Shown here: in pieces, positions 50,055 to 63,624 of the stretch | How the letters are laid out: each line of letters starts with the position of its first letter | Numbering within the stretch: position 1 is the first letter of the stretch | Assembly: GCA_009103225.1 (NCBI GenBank) | Contig: RHPI01002823.1 | Location: forward strand, 5,003-69,002 | Source of the DNA: Chlorokybus atmophyticus | Taxonomy: Eukaryota; Plantae; Mesostigma and Chlorokybus algae | Direction: 5' to 3' | DNA: 64,000 nt | The notes under the pieces: model-generated | The model's input: only the letters and a program-made list of their open reading frames with translations | Told to the model about the DNA's origin: nothing | The model's database searches: none | Translations under genes and position numbers: made by a program

Positions 50055-50546
50055 TAGTCTACCCCCGCTAAGAGACTTCGCTCCAAGAGAATAACCTCGC
50101 TAATAGCATAGAAAATGAGATTACCAAGCGGAATACAGGCAAATGTTGGTGCTTCAGAGAATATGCTTAACCGCGAAGAGCATATATTTGTTACATAATT
50201 CTTGCAAGTTTTAATAATGAATAATCCCAGGGGGAGTAGCGCGTGACGGGTGTGGCATAAAACGTAATGCGCGTGATGAATTCGGCGTGATGGATAAGGT
50301 GTCACACCGCGTCACGGTGACGCGCAATCATTGTGACAGATGTGATGGCGCAATTTGCGGGGGAGTAGTGCGTGACGTAACACGTGTGATGCAATGGGCA
50401 TGATGAGCGCGATGAAACCGCGCTTATAGCATATTTATGCTCTTGACACCCAAGAGCATACTACGCTCTTAGACGTTAAGAGAATGACCTCGCCACGAGC
50501 ATAAGATAGCGGAGGATAAACAGTATGCTCTTAAGGGGGTAAGCTG
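50055..50546. mobile_element. Tc1/mariner (pogo-type) MITE, degenerate ends
   Basis: TA|TAGTCTACCCCCGCTAAGAG ... CTCTTAAGGGGGTAAGCTG; internally homologous to 51673-52130. Confidence 0.7.
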
Positions 50547-51672
50547 AATGTGTGACTGTGTAACGCATGCATGGATATGGCCTTGTGCGCGCCTTGCTGT
50601 GCCTTGCTGTTGTGGTATGCAACGGCGTACGTTTACAAAAGTGTAGCCGCTATACTATTGGGATTGCTCAGCCTGAGCAATTAGTGAACCTCCGTTCTAT
50701 CGGATAAGCCGGCGTTCACAACCGAAGGAGCCTGTGATTAATTGGCTCATTACATTCTAGTTGTTGCGACAGCAGCCTGCTAGTTGATTGCCTGGTTGTG
50801 ATTAGATAGGCGATTAAGCAGGGCATTTATATAGCAGAGTTCGTCCCTGTTGTCGGTATATAAGCGGCAATCGCACCTTAATATGGTACCCACTTTTTGA
50901 CTGCATTCGGGGCAGCAAAAAGTGCCCATCTGGCCTAGCCAGGTGGGGTTCTTAGCTACAGTGGTGTGGTGTACATATGAACGGATAATGTAACCTTTTA
51001 TGTTATGCAATCTCTGTGCTATAAGTGAAACAGATGCATGTTGCTGTGGTTGTAATGAATGCGTGAGTAACTGAAGGTGTTTCATTTACATGTGCAAACT
51101 CAAGTCCGCGTACTTAGCATAGCGGCGTGACCGGCATGGTATTGGACGTAATTACAATCTGAGGGATGGCAATTGCAAATGTTGTTTCAATTGAATCTGA
51201 AGAGAATGCAATTGTAAGAGTTGTGATGATAAAATGCAATTGTGATTGCAATTGTGTGGTGGCAGACAACTGTTTCCGCGAGTAGTTGCTCTCAGGAAAG
51301 GTGAAGTTGCTGTGAGGACTCGTGCAAGAGTAGCTTATGTAGTTTCAGGGTCTCATATCGAACTTCAAAGGGAACTTATTATTGTGCACCACGGCTCGTG
51401 TTACGCGAGCATAACAATTAGCAGTTGATGATGTCGCCGCATAGCGGCGTGACCGACCACACATGTCTTGCAAGACCGTCCGTGCGACCCCGCACCGGCA
51501 CGTGACCGCCAAGTTGGCAGCGCTAACCCCTCCCTATGTCGAAGTGCACTTCAAGTGCAACACGTGACAACCAGTGTACCGGTGTACACGTGTTGAAATG
51601 CTCTTACACACCGTTGAATCCAATCGCGTATGCTGGGAACACCAGCGGTGATGAATTAGGATCACGTTTGTA

Positions 51673-52130
51673 CAGTCTACACCCTAAGGGACTTCGCTGC
51701 AAGCGAGTAACCACGCTAACAGCATGGACATTGAGATGACAAAACAGAACATAGCAAACTTGGTGCCTAAGAGGATATGCTTAACCACGAAGAGCATAAT
51801 TGTGATTCATGTAATTCTCGCAAGTTCTAATGAGCAATATTTCACGATTAGGGGAGTAGCGCGTAACGGGTGTGGCATAAAGCGTGACGCGTGTGATAAA
51901 TATGGCATGATGGGTAAGTGTGACGCACAGCGAGCGTGACGAGCGGAATGGCACAATTGGCGCAACATGATATGCGTGATGGGCGTGATGAAACCGCGCT
52001 TATATAGCATGTTCATGCTCTTGACACCTTGGAGCATAGTATGGTATGCTCTTAGTCGTCAAGAGAATCACCCCGCCAAGAGCATAAGATAGCGGAGGAT
52101 AAACAGTATGCTCTTAAAGGGGGTAGACTG
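51673..52130. mobile_element. Tc1/mariner (pogo-type) MITE with TA TSD
   Basis: TA|CAGTCTACACCCTAAG ... CTTAAAGGGGGTAGACTG|TA; no coding capacity. Confidence 0.85.
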
Positions 52131-52189
52131 TACTGAGTGCACTGGTACGCTGCTCTGGTTCGGCCTGACTTGTGGGTGGGGACGTGCTT

Positions 52190-53985
52190 GGTGTTCTTTT
52201 CCGTTCTTTTCAGGCCGCCTAGCCTAGGCCGCCTAGGCGACCTAGCGTAGGCCAGGTGGAGCAACCAGGCCAGCCGCGTGGCCAATCAAGCGTAGCGTCT
52301 TGGATACAACCAGTGTACAGCCTAATCAGCTTACTTAATAGTAGTGCTACGTAGTAGGTAGCCTACTACGTAGCACAGGCAGTGACTGTGCTTTACGGAG
52401 TATCCATCATTATTACCGAAATGCTGTACAGATTCTGTACTACAAAGTGTACAGTTTAACTGTACTAGGCCTACTTTACAGTACAGTAAACAATGTACTG
52501 TATTACATTAAAAATAGGCCTAGTTCACATCATATACACTGTGTGCAATACAGTGTATGAGTGTATGACACAGTAGGCCAACTGTGTCATACACTCAATA
52601 AGTCTGTGGTGCACAGTGCAGGTACACTGTAGGCCTACTGGTCACCCGACTCCAATGTACATGAAGTACCGTTTTGAGCCATGACATGATGGTTTCAACA
52701 ACGCTGTTGGACGACAGGCCTAGCAGGGGCTGACGTGGCGGCGGTGGTGGCGGCGATGGTGCGGCGGTCGCAGTAGCGGAGGCGCCCCGCGTCATGCACA
52801 ACAGAACCTGCCGCCAGTTACTAGCAGCGAGAGATTGACATGTTTGCTGTAGTTGTAGTAGTATAAGCGCAGGTTGCTGCTCGCAGGCAAGCTGCTGCAA
52901 GTGGCGCTGCCAGCAGCTACGTCACTTGCTGCAAGCTCGTTCTCGATGCTGACTGCTGGCAGCACTAAGCCATAAAACACTTCTTACAGTTCGTGATTGG
53001 CCAAGTAAGTACTCTCCGAACACTCAAGTTGTCTGCCCCTGGCTGCTTAGCTTGCATTGCCCGCATAGTCCTAGTCCGGAAGGGGCCTCTGTGTGGTCTA
53101 TCTTGTCTTGCCTAACGTGGAACACATGCCTGCCTGCCCTTGCCTACCGTCACCTGTGCGACTGTGAGTGTTGTCGAAATGCTTGCATGCAGAGTGTAAG
53201 AACTTGCTGCAAGGTGTAACCTTCTGATAGTCTACTAGTAGTGAGCTCGAGCTGCGGTTCCACTCTTGGCATCCAACGCTTTGATGCCAGGAGCAAGAGC
53301 AGCAGCAAGTTAGAGAGTACATACAACGTGCCTTTGTCTACTTAGTAACTAAGTGCATGGCTGCTAGGTCACCGCTGCCTTTGCTGCTGCCAGCGCGCTA
53401 TACCAGCAGTGACACAACCCTTGATGCTGCGTTCTAGCAAGTAACGCTTCTGCTAGCAGCTAGCAGCAGCATGGTTTGAAGCGAGAGTACAAGTTTACAC
53501 ATATGTCCCAGCATGCACGAACATGCACACACGAGCACGCCAGAACAATGTACGCACGGACATGCAAATAATGCGTCTGCTCTGAGTAGCATTAAAAGCA
53601 GCGAGTAGGAAGCATGCTGCCAGCCGCAGGCACCCACGCACATACGCATGCAATGCTGCTGCTGCGCGTGAGCACACACGCGCACACACGTAGTTGCAAC
53701 AGATAACGCTGCTGGTGGCATGCGTGCTACTCGCTGCCGCTGCCACTAGCGGCAGCAAGTGGCACGCATGCTACCTGTGCCGCACCCACGCAAGCAGGCA
53801 TGCAAGCAGCAACGGCAGCATTGCATGCGTTCAGCTGTTAGCTAACTGCAACGTATCGCACGCACCCCGATGTTGCACGCACGCGCATGCACCCACGTCA
53901 CCTTGCACGGCCTAACTCCCAGTGCATATGCCTGTGCGTGTGCACAGTTCAGTCAAAGGCGCATGCTGAGTACTAGGAGGCGCAT
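52190..53985 (-). repeat. Interspersed repeat R1, long copy (inverted partner of 42090-43700)
   Basis: Same colinear blocks as listed for 42090-43700. Confidence 0.8.
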
Positions 53986-54039
53986 GTTTTGCATAAACGT
54001 CCACGCGCACACTACAGTGGTGTGCTGATCTGTGCAGAT

Positions 54040-56086
54040 GTTGCACAGGCGCGGTGGAGTCCTTCAACTCAGAGGGACAGGATTCAACAATGTCGTCTGC
54101 ATTGTGTCAAAAGGCCTGTTGGTACAAGTGGAGCGGGGATGAACGTCCTGGCAGTGGTGCTCAACGCCGCCCGGAAGCACCCTAATTTGGGCATGATGCG
54201 GTGTGACCCACACCGGCGATCACGACCTCAGGTTGGTCGGTTGCAGCATGACCGCTCCATAATGCGTCGTTGACTCCCGAGCAGGTAAGCGGTTGGTTAT
54301 TATGCTTGGACTGACATACTCGCACGCGTATGCACTTGGGTACCACCCAATAATATGAACAGACTCAAAACACGCACCCGGTGCATGCGCGGCACATGCA
54401 CGCATACCTACACGCACATGCATGCACTTGCAAGTGTGCACATGCAAAGTACAAGATTCTCATATGCCGAACACGTACATTCACACATCTGCGCATGAGC
54501 GTGCATGCACACACGCGTACCCGCCTGCAAGGACGCCTGCAGGGACGCGCACATACACGAAAAGGCATGCACAGGGCCTAACGACGCCATCGTCACCGTA
54601 ACGGTCGCCTATGACCTGTATGTGTCCACAAGACATGTAGTTGATGCATGTGTATACGTGTGTGTTCTACGTGTTTGTGATCATAGCGCGTCCTTCTACC
54701 CCAACTATGCCACCAAGCCCCCCGCTGTGGCGACACTCTCATCGCCGCGGAGTCTTCCGCTGGCTATGCTCGCGGCCTCACCTTCTCTCACCCTGTGGAC
54801 GGTGTCTACGTCATTGACTCCACCTACCCACTGAGCTTTACCGTCATCACCTACGACCTCCCGTCGTACGCCTTCCTCGTGCTGTACACGCGGGTGCGTG
54901 GTCGCTTAGTGCACGAGGCCTTGTCACATTCGCATTGCATGCGGGGGCGCACGCAGCACATGCGTGCACATCAAATGACACAGAGCTCACTTTGTGCTGT
55001 GTGTGCTGTTTAAGCAGATGAGTGAAGCGAAGCTTTCCCAGTGAAGACCCGTACCTGGCGGAGTTAAGCTGTCACAACAGTCTTTGTAACTTACAAAGAC
55101 AGTGTGACATGTAGGGCTTGGTTGTACATGACTTTTGAATGTTTCGAGTAGTACATCAACTCATGTGTTTACACAGTGTTTAAACAGCCAACCAGCCAAG
55201 GAGTGAAGTGCTGCTGCTCTCCATCTTGGACTTGTAAGTCCGGCAAAAGCTTCGGCAACCGGGGCTCCGTTCAGGCTGACCCATATCTATTCGACCAGCT
55301 TCAGGGGCCCTACACCGTTGGAGACAGCGGGGTACGGCATGATGCGTGCGCATGAACGTCTCCCTCTCTCTCCCTCCCTCTCGCTCTCTCCCTCTCGCTC
55401 TCTCCCTCTCTCCCTCTCCCTCTCTCCCTCTCCCTCTCGCTCTCTCGCTCTCTCTCGCTCTCTCTCGCTCTCTCGCTCTCTCCCCCTCTCGCTCTCTCCC
55501 CCCCTCGCTCTCGCTCTCCCCCCCTCCNNNNNNNNNNNNNNNNNNNNNNNNNNNNNNNNNNNNNNNNNNNNNNNNNNNNNNNNNNNNNNNNNNNNNNNNN
55601 NNNNNNNNNNNNNNNNNNNNNNNNNNNNNNNNNNNNNNNNNNNNNNNNNNNNNNNNNNNNNNNNNNNNNNNNNNNNNNNNNNNNNNNNNNNNNNNNNNNN
55701 NNNNNNNNNNNNNNNNNNNNNNNNNNNNNNNNNNNNNNNNNNNNNNNNNNNNNNNNNNNNNNNNNNNNNNNNNNNNNNNNNNNNNNNNNNNNNNNNNNNN
55801 NNNNNNNNNNNNNNNNNNNNNNNNNNNNNNNNNNNNNNNNNNNNNNNNNNNNNNNNNNNNNNNNNNNNNNNNNNNNNNNNNNNNNNNNNNNNNNNNNNNN
55901 NNNNNNNNNNNNNNNNNNNNNNNNNNNNNNNNNNNNNNNNNNNNNNNNNNNNNNNNNNNNNNNNNNNNNNNNNNNNNNNNNNNNNNNNNNNNNNNNNNNN
56001 NNNNNNNNNNNNNNNNNNNNNNNNNNNNNNNNNNNNNNNNNNNNNNNNNNNNNNNNNNNNNNNNNNNNNNNNNNNNNNNNNNNNNN

Positions 56087-56174
<88 letters not shown>

Positions 56175-58000
56175 CTGCAACAGCTCTCCACCACGGACCC
56201 CGGTGCATTTTCTCTTGTTCTTGGGTTTGCTGGTAGACAGCGCACGAGGGCCTGTATACGTGTATGCGTTCATGCATGTGCATGACGCTGACAAATATTG
56301 ATCAAATAGTGTGTTGGGTTTCCGCCTTAACGATCCGGATACGCCTCTGGGAACCTGTGAGCTCCCGCCTGATATGGCCGACATCGCGCCTTACTCCGAA
56401 CCAAACACGCTGAACGTAACCTTTGACCAAGTGTTTCGCAGGTTGTTTTGTCTTACTACCTACAGGAACGAATCAAGCTTGCTCATGACGCACATATGAA
56501 CTCACTCCACCATCATTACCAGAAGTCTAGTGTCGCTCGAGTCACTTCACTCTGCATGTGTGTGTGCAAGTTCACCATAAACGTAACTGGCAATGTCTCC
56601 CCTGATGACGCTTTTGCCTTGAGCATATGGCCACACAAAGTCCTGGCGCCTGAGTCGCTGGAGGACACGGAGGCTTTCTACCGCCGCTACTTCCCTCCGT
56701 ACGTGCAGCCCCTGATTCTGTGTGTGCAGCGCATAGCCAAATGCGTGCCAACAGCACATTGTTGCCCTTTTCAGATACCCACCCACTGGGCTGCAGTTCA
56801 CTGGCCCATTCACTTCGATAGAGTTGCAGCTGTTGTTGGCCCTGCCTTCGACAACAACCTTCAAGTCGTTTCAAACTGTTTCCATAACGTCTTTCCCACT
56901 CCCCGATGTTCCCTGTAGAACAATTACAAGAATATTTTCTGCGTGATAACGTCTGAAGAAAGCATCACCATAAGGACTCACGTTCAGTCACCATACAATC
57001 CACTATACGACGTCTTATCGTACAATATTACTCCTGTATATGTGGTGCGTAAGCTCTCTCCCTCCCACCCTTCCTATTGCTAACCTGTTCTCGTCATCTT
57101 CCCATGTTGTTGTGTGCATGCAACGCTGCTTCAGGCCCACCCTGCTCCTATTGGCGTGCTGGCCATCTCTCCCTCCTCCAGCATGAACGACTCCAGAGCT
57201 ATGATGTTTACACCACCTTCTCTCCGGACATCGAAGGTGACAAGAGCGTCTTTGCAATTGTGCAGTACTTCTCTGGCCCCCCCTCCCAGTTCACGCCGTG
57301 TCCCGTCGTTTGCGTCATCGTTGTCATCAGTAACAATAATTAATAGTGCTGCTTGCCCTTGGCTGACTACTCACAGCGTTTCTCACTGCTTGCTAACACT
57401 ATTGCTGCGCAGCGTCCTCCTCCTGCTTCCCTTCCCCCCCCTCCCCATCCTCCTCTTTCCCCATCGCCTCCTCCTCCACGGTGAGTGAGCTCAGTTGGGT
57501 TGCTGCTGCTGCTGCTGCTGTTTTTGTTGTTGTGGTGGTGGTTGGCCCAACTTGCAGTTCACATTGACTGGCGCTGCGTATGGGTACAGGTCCAAGGTGG
57601 CGCCAAGGTGTGGACGAACTCCAGCTACGCCTGTCACTTCCCGTCCTATGTCCAGCTGGGAACCAAGCTGAAGCACGCCATGGCCAGCCGCGTCCCCTGC
57701 CGACCAGAACCTCAACGTCCGACCGATACGGCAACATCACTGTTGTCGAGGCGCTCAAGATGTCAGATGCCAAGCAGGTGGGGTGGGGTGGGTGGAATTC
57801 TTGACTTTGATTCGAGTAGCTGTGGGTGGGTGGTGACATGACGTGATGTGCAGTATGAGGTGCTGGCAAAGGTAGCCACGGCGGTGCTGTTGACTGCCAT
57901 CTAAGTTCAGGGTACCCTCTCACTCCTGTGGATGTGCGCGTCAAGTTCCGCAACGCCCTGAGGGAACCAAACAAGGCTAGTAATCACACGCACGCATGTG
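54040..58000 (+). pseudogene. Unidentified multi-exon gene relic (product unknown)
   Basis: Series of GC-rich, codon-like segments with GT/AG-like borders separated by GCAT/CA-rich intron-like DNA, e.g. GGVLQLRGTGFNNVVCIV, SAGYARGLTFSHPVDGVYVIDSTYPLSFTVITYDLPSYAFLVLYTR, SGKSFGNRGSVQADPYLFDQLQGPYTVG, FRLNDPDTPLGTCELP, SYDVYTTFSPDIEGDKSVFAIVQYF. Stops and shifts are present; no family recognised. Confidence 0.4.
55528..56086. other. Assembly gap (559 N) flanked by CT-rich microsatellite
   Basis: Direct reading. Confidence 0.99.
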
Positions 58001-60284
58001 CGCGCACAGCCGTATGAGGTACTTACGCAATCACTACTACATCTTGCTTTCTTCTGTGCAGTTGCTGCTACCAAATCTTTGTTTCAAAGCTACCGCAGGC
58101 GATGCCGTATGGCCACGTGCTGAGGTAGGGGTCATAGCATGTGTCAACAGCTGCTTACAAGCTGCTACTATAAAAATAGTACAGGTTTGTTGCGCATAGC
58201 AGCACGATGTTTCCAGTAGTCAAGTAGATAAAGGGTTCAAGGTAGTCCAAAGGTTAATGACCTCATCTTGTCCGCTGCAGTGTACAAGAACGTTGCAACA
58301 CAACAGCCACCTTATTGTGTGTCCATGTATGCGGTGGCGCATGCATGGATTGACCCACCTATGTCGCTCGCTCAGCGAGGCTCTGTATGTAGGCACTCTT
58401 CTGCCGGCAATGTACCTTCAATTGCACACCGTCAGCTACTGCATTGGAAAAAGACAAGCAATCTGTATAGCAGCTGTGGGTTGCGTTTCTGGCAGTGCAG
58501 CCGTGTTGCAAGTAGCAGCAAGCGATGCACCGCTCATATTGCAAGGCTGCCACTCTGACCTCCGGCAAGGGTAAGCCACGTGGTGCAGTATGATGTAGCA
58601 GCTGGAGCAGGCGCCTGAGTCTCCCACTCTTGTAACTTGTAGGCAGCTGTTGCGATTGTTGAGACAGCTTTATGCGCTGCGTCTTGTCACTGATACTCTG
58701 CACGCAAGGTGCAAAGGTTTTGATGTTCCAGTGTGCATGCGTGTGGTTGGCTACCGAATTGCGTGAAGTCCTCCATTAACCACAAGCTTGCCCACAATCA
58801 ATCACTCTGCAACGCAATTAGCGCACCTCATGGCGTCCTCCTTGCTTCTGACAACAATGCAAGTCAACAACTGGCAGTTGTTGACTTGTTGCATTGCTAG
58901 CAAGCAGGACAGTCGCCATCCAGGCAACACCACCCTCTGACACTTGCACCTGTGTTGGTGCGCTGCACACAGGTGCAAGTGTCTTCAAGTGGCGGCTGTC
59001 TGTCAAGCAAGGCTGCTTGCACTCAAGTTTGCTCGGGCGGCCCTATCACTCCCCTCCATGGCGGCAATAAACACTACATCCGGTTGTGGGGCAAGCCAGT
59101 GCCCTGGCCAACGCTCCTCAGAAGAATCAACCACCACAAGTGTGTAGAGAGGACGAGTGGGGTGAGCAGAAGTTTGAATTGGAGTCAGCACTTGTATGTG
59201 TGATGCCATGCTGCACACGGGATTGTGAGTGTGTGCGCGCGCGTCTGCAAGCAAATTGTGTACAAGCGCATGCACGCGACTGTGTGCGTGCATGTGCACA
59301 ATAGCAAGCGAGCACAAGCATGGCGGTGTACACGTATGCGCAGTCCCCGTCTGCGCGCGAGCATGTGCGTGCGCACTCGCATGTATGCGTCAGAGTTGTG
59401 CATAAGCGTGCTGTAAGTGTGCGGAACAAGTTAGGGTCAATGCTCTTTGCAGCATCTGCTCCATTCTGCACTTTAGCTCAGCTGCACTGACACGATACTG
59501 TCATGTCAACCTGAGCTTATGCCAATCACAAACAGTTACCTTGTTGCAATCCCTTTAGACATGGACCCGGCAAAGCCAACAACTGTCAGTGTGCTATGAC
59601 AACCGCTCGTGCACTATCGCATGGCAAGCTTTCTCACGACAGGTCAGTTTTGTCTGCGAGTCTATACTCATCGCATGAGGCTTTGCTGTCAGTCCAACTT
59701 GGTTGAATTAAGTTTTAGCGTCGCAAGCGCAGGTACTGCTCGCACTAACTGGCTTGTCTGCGCAAAGGCTGACAAGCCAAGTAGTGGGAGTGCGCATGCA
59801 TGTGGGGCGGGAGGGTGTAAGTGCAGCGTGTGTAACGCTGCTCCCGGTTTGAGCGTGCCAGCACACGTGCAAACCTTGAACTCAGTTGAACTCGTGTCAG
59901 TGCCTCCACCGCATGCCTCTCCTCGACATCCTCCTTTCTCCTCTCCAAGGCATTCAGCAACAGCGTTGGCGTGCACAGCATTCGGATGGACCGCCCAACA
60001 CTCCAACTGTGTCAAGTTTGCTATGCCAGTACACGCATACGAAGTGCAAGCAGCAACTGGCTGCCAGCAAGTTGCTGCTTACCCTTTGTACCACATGCAG
60101 TCTCTATCAGAAGCTGCTAGGCGAAGCTACTGCATGCCATGTAACAACAGTGACGAACGATAAAAAAATGCTGACGCACGGAGCTGCGTACGTTAGCTTC
60201 GGCTGTAACAATCTCACGATATCCTGTAGGTACAGTAGCGCTGCCAGCTGGCAGAGTAGGCGCTGACGTGGAGAAAGCGTCAGC

Positions 60285-63200
60285 ATGGCGGCGGCGGCGG
60301 CCGCAACCGTGGCGGCCTGGCGCTTGCTGCCGCCGTCGCCGGTGTCGATCCACGCACCTTCGCTTGGCCGCTCCGCACGCAGCAGCAGACATGCGCCTAT
60401 CAGCTTGGGAGGAGGTCAGAAGCGGCGAGACGGCAAGCAGCAGGCTGGAAGCAGGCAAGCAGGCGTCCAGCTGGTCTGGTCCGGCGCTGTGAGGTGTCAC
60501 GCTGCTTCTGCGGCTGGTGCTGTCGGCAGTGACAACGGCCATGTCGTTGACGACCATGAGCATGCCGGCCCCACGCTGGTGTGGTTTAAGCAGGACCTCC
60601 GCCTGGACGACCACCCTGGCTTCCACCGCGCCCTCAAGCAGTCAAGCAGCGGTGTCATACCAGTCTACTGCTTCGATCCAGACCTGGTGAGCAAGTCTCA
60701 TTGATGGTGAATTAAGTGAGTTGTAGGTGGGATCTTGCTGTGTTTGTCGTTTCTCACTTCGCTCACATGCACAGCTGGCGAATTGCACAGCTCCAACGCT
60801 GCGTTACCTCCACCAAAGGTACATGCAAGAGAAAGGTTGGTCGCATGCTTGAACAAGAGTAACAAGAAACAAGAAAACTACAGCCTGCATGCAAATGTTC
60901 ACATTCATCCACAAATTTCCAATGAGTAATCTCCACAACAGTGTGGCGGCATTGAAAGCGAGTTTGCAAGCGTGCGGCAGCGACCTCGTTGTCCTCACCG
61001 GCCCTGCATGCGAAGCGATCCCCCGCCTCGCCCGGGACCTTGGGGCTTCCACAATCATTGCAGAAGAGGAGGCGGAGCACAGCTGGCGCCAGGTTGGTTA
61101 TAGTGCTGAAGGAACAACCAGTTTCAACACTGAGCACTTCGTCTCAAACGTGCGTTTGTGTGTTGTTGTGTGTGTAGGTAGTTGGTCAGGTGGAGGATGC
61201 GGTGTCGGCAGAGGGTGTGAAAGTGAACCTTTGGCAGCTGCAACTCTTTGAAGACGACAGCACAGCTTTACCAGACAACTTCCGAGAGGTGACAGTGAGA
61301 CTGTTGTTATGTAAACACGAGTGCAAATAGCAATGAGGTCAGGTACTGAGTGTTGTGTGCCTTGTTTCATAGTACGTTGCGCAGCGAAGGTCGGTGTTGC
61401 AGCCTATACCCTCGCCAGAGAGGCTCCCGCCGCTGCCTTCTTCAAGTACAGATGTGTTATCAACCCAGCTGCCGGAGCTTTCAGACCTGCACACCCTGGC
61501 TGGCTTAACTGAAGAAGAAGAAGAAGCAAGTTCATCCTCCGCACCAACCTCATCATTAGATGAGTATACCCAAGTCTGGAGAAGCTTTCGTTGTGATGGA
61601 GGCAAACTTCCAGCAACAGGTACACGCATGGCGTCACGAACCCTGTGTAGAAATTTACACAAGCGCTCACACAGACACACGCACACACAGCGTGTGCGCC
61701 GGATGCATGCGCAAATGCACATATGCACGCACCATTCATGTTGTGCATCATGTGCAGCTCAGGTGCAAACGCCAAGCACACCTGAGTTAGCTGGAGGTGA
61801 GGACGCTGGGCGGGCGGCATTGAGTGAGTATCTGAGGTTTCCAGCAAGGGCAACAAGACGAAGGCCCAAGCAGCGCACGCAGGGCGTGTCGTCTCCAACA
61901 AACACCTTCATGGAAGTCTTCGGCCCTGTTCTGGCCCTCGGTTGCTTGTCTAGGAGACGAGTCTTCCATCGTGCAACAAGAGCCGCAGAGGTGAGTGTCG
62001 TTTCCTCACATGTTGGCAAATTGTGTCTTTTTCACCAACGTGACTTCAACTCTTCAGGGATGGCGAAGGGCTAGGAGGAAAGCCATCATTCCTCAGAGTG
62101 TGGGTTTGCCCAGCGCGCAAGCGGCTGCTGAAACGGCCGAGTGCGGGGTGTTTCACTACTGGCTGGCGCTTCGCTCATTCCATGAAACGGAGCAGGAGAG
62201 CAGTCAGGCCAAGAAGCATTGGCGGTGGCGAGGCCTCCTCACTGAATACAGTATGCAATCATGGATATGTACTATGTAAGCCATGCAGCAGCCGACATAA
62301 GGCACTGACTTACAGTGTGTGTTGTGGTTGATTCTCAGTGGAGGCAGGTGAGCCTGGAGCACCCTGTGTGTTGCTGGTACACGGGTGAGTGCCTTGTCTC
62401 AATTGTGCATAGTTGGCGATTGTGTGATGATGAAGGCATGACCGTCATTGCTGTTGTGGTGTAACAGCTTTGGGGCGTTTGCTGACCATTACCGGAAGAA
62501 TGTGGAGGGTTTGGCGCCGAACGCGCACGTGTTCTCGGTGACTCTCCCCGGCTTTGGACGAGCAGAGAAGCCAGCGCTGCTGTATTCGCAGGTGCTATGG
62601 ATGGAGTTCCTGCGCGACTTTGTATTGCAAGTAGTTGGCGGGCCCGTCACCATAGTCGGCAACTCCATTGGCGGTATACTCATGCTTGAGTCCGTTGCTT
62701 TTGTATAGAAATGTCAAAACAGTTTGTTGGCGGACTGCAGTTGAGAAACTGTGTGCAACTGACAACTGCATGCGTGCGATGCAGAGCTTGGTGCTTGTTT
62801 GTGACACGCAACTTACTTGTGTACATTCTGTTTTATCAGGCTTCATGTCGGCGTGCTTGGCTGCTGATTGCCCTGAGCTCGTGCAATCTGTCGTGCTTTT
62901 GAACAGCGCCGGGCCCATTGTTCCAGGTTATGCACCACCTGGCGGGTGAGTGGGTTGTTTATGCGTTGCGTGCATCAGGCAACAATATCAACACTGAGAA
63001 ACACACCTATCTCCCGCAGTGCGACATTGGCTCCCGTGCACGTGACGCCCCGCAAGCCTATGATCCCGAAGCCCATGGTGATGGCCATTACCACGGGTCT
63101 TTTCCGCTACCTGGAGAAGCGCATTGAGCAGACGCTGCGGAGGTGCTACCCTGTCAACCCCGCCGCTGTCGATGACTTCCTCATCGAGGAGATCTTCCGC

Positions 63201-63624
63201 GCCGCCTGTGATGCCGGCGCTGTCGGCGTCTTCGCCTCCGTGTTCTACCTCCCGCAGCCCAGACCACTCAACTTCCTCCTCGACGCCTGCGGCAAACCCG
63301 TCCTCATTCTTCAGGTGTTGAATTATTCTGAGTCTAGTGAGGGTTTGCGGCAACTGGAAGACTACACGCACATTGACATTAACATTGACTTGTTAACAAC
63401 AGGGGCGGTTGGATCCGCTTAATGATGCCGGTGGCCGAGCCAAGGCTCTTGCCAAGGTCTGCAGGCGCGTGACGGTTCATCTGCTGGACGCCGGACACTG
63501 CCCGCACGACGAGATACCCGACGTTGTGAACGCCAAGATATGCGAGTGGCTCTCTCAGCTGCCTGCACAAACATTGCAACAACAGTCGCTACAACAACAG
63601 CCCACTCCAGCTCTCGCAGCATAG
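60285..63624 (+). CDS. Photolyase N-terminal domain / alpha-beta hydrolase fusion protein (At4g25290-like), multi-exon, probable transit peptide
   Basis: LVWFKQDLRLDDHPG...PVYCFDP, GSDLVV, IIAEEEAE, GGEDAGRAALSEYL, ALGCLSRRRV, HWRWRG, LLVHG|FGAFADHYR, LPGFGRAEKP, VGNSIGG, LLNSAG, PVLILQ|G.LDP, LDAGHCPHDEIP. GT-AG splicing gives a continuous frame to TAG at 63622-63624; no lesion seen. Confidence 0.88.

Noticed and set aside
55180-56384. Long ORFs spanning X residues
   Set aside because: They read through an N-gap and microsatellite.
59609-60626. ORFs 59609-60163(+) and 60117-60626(-) as genes
   Set aside because: Low-complexity upstream sequence and antisense shadow of the photolyase/hydrolase exon 1; no motifs.
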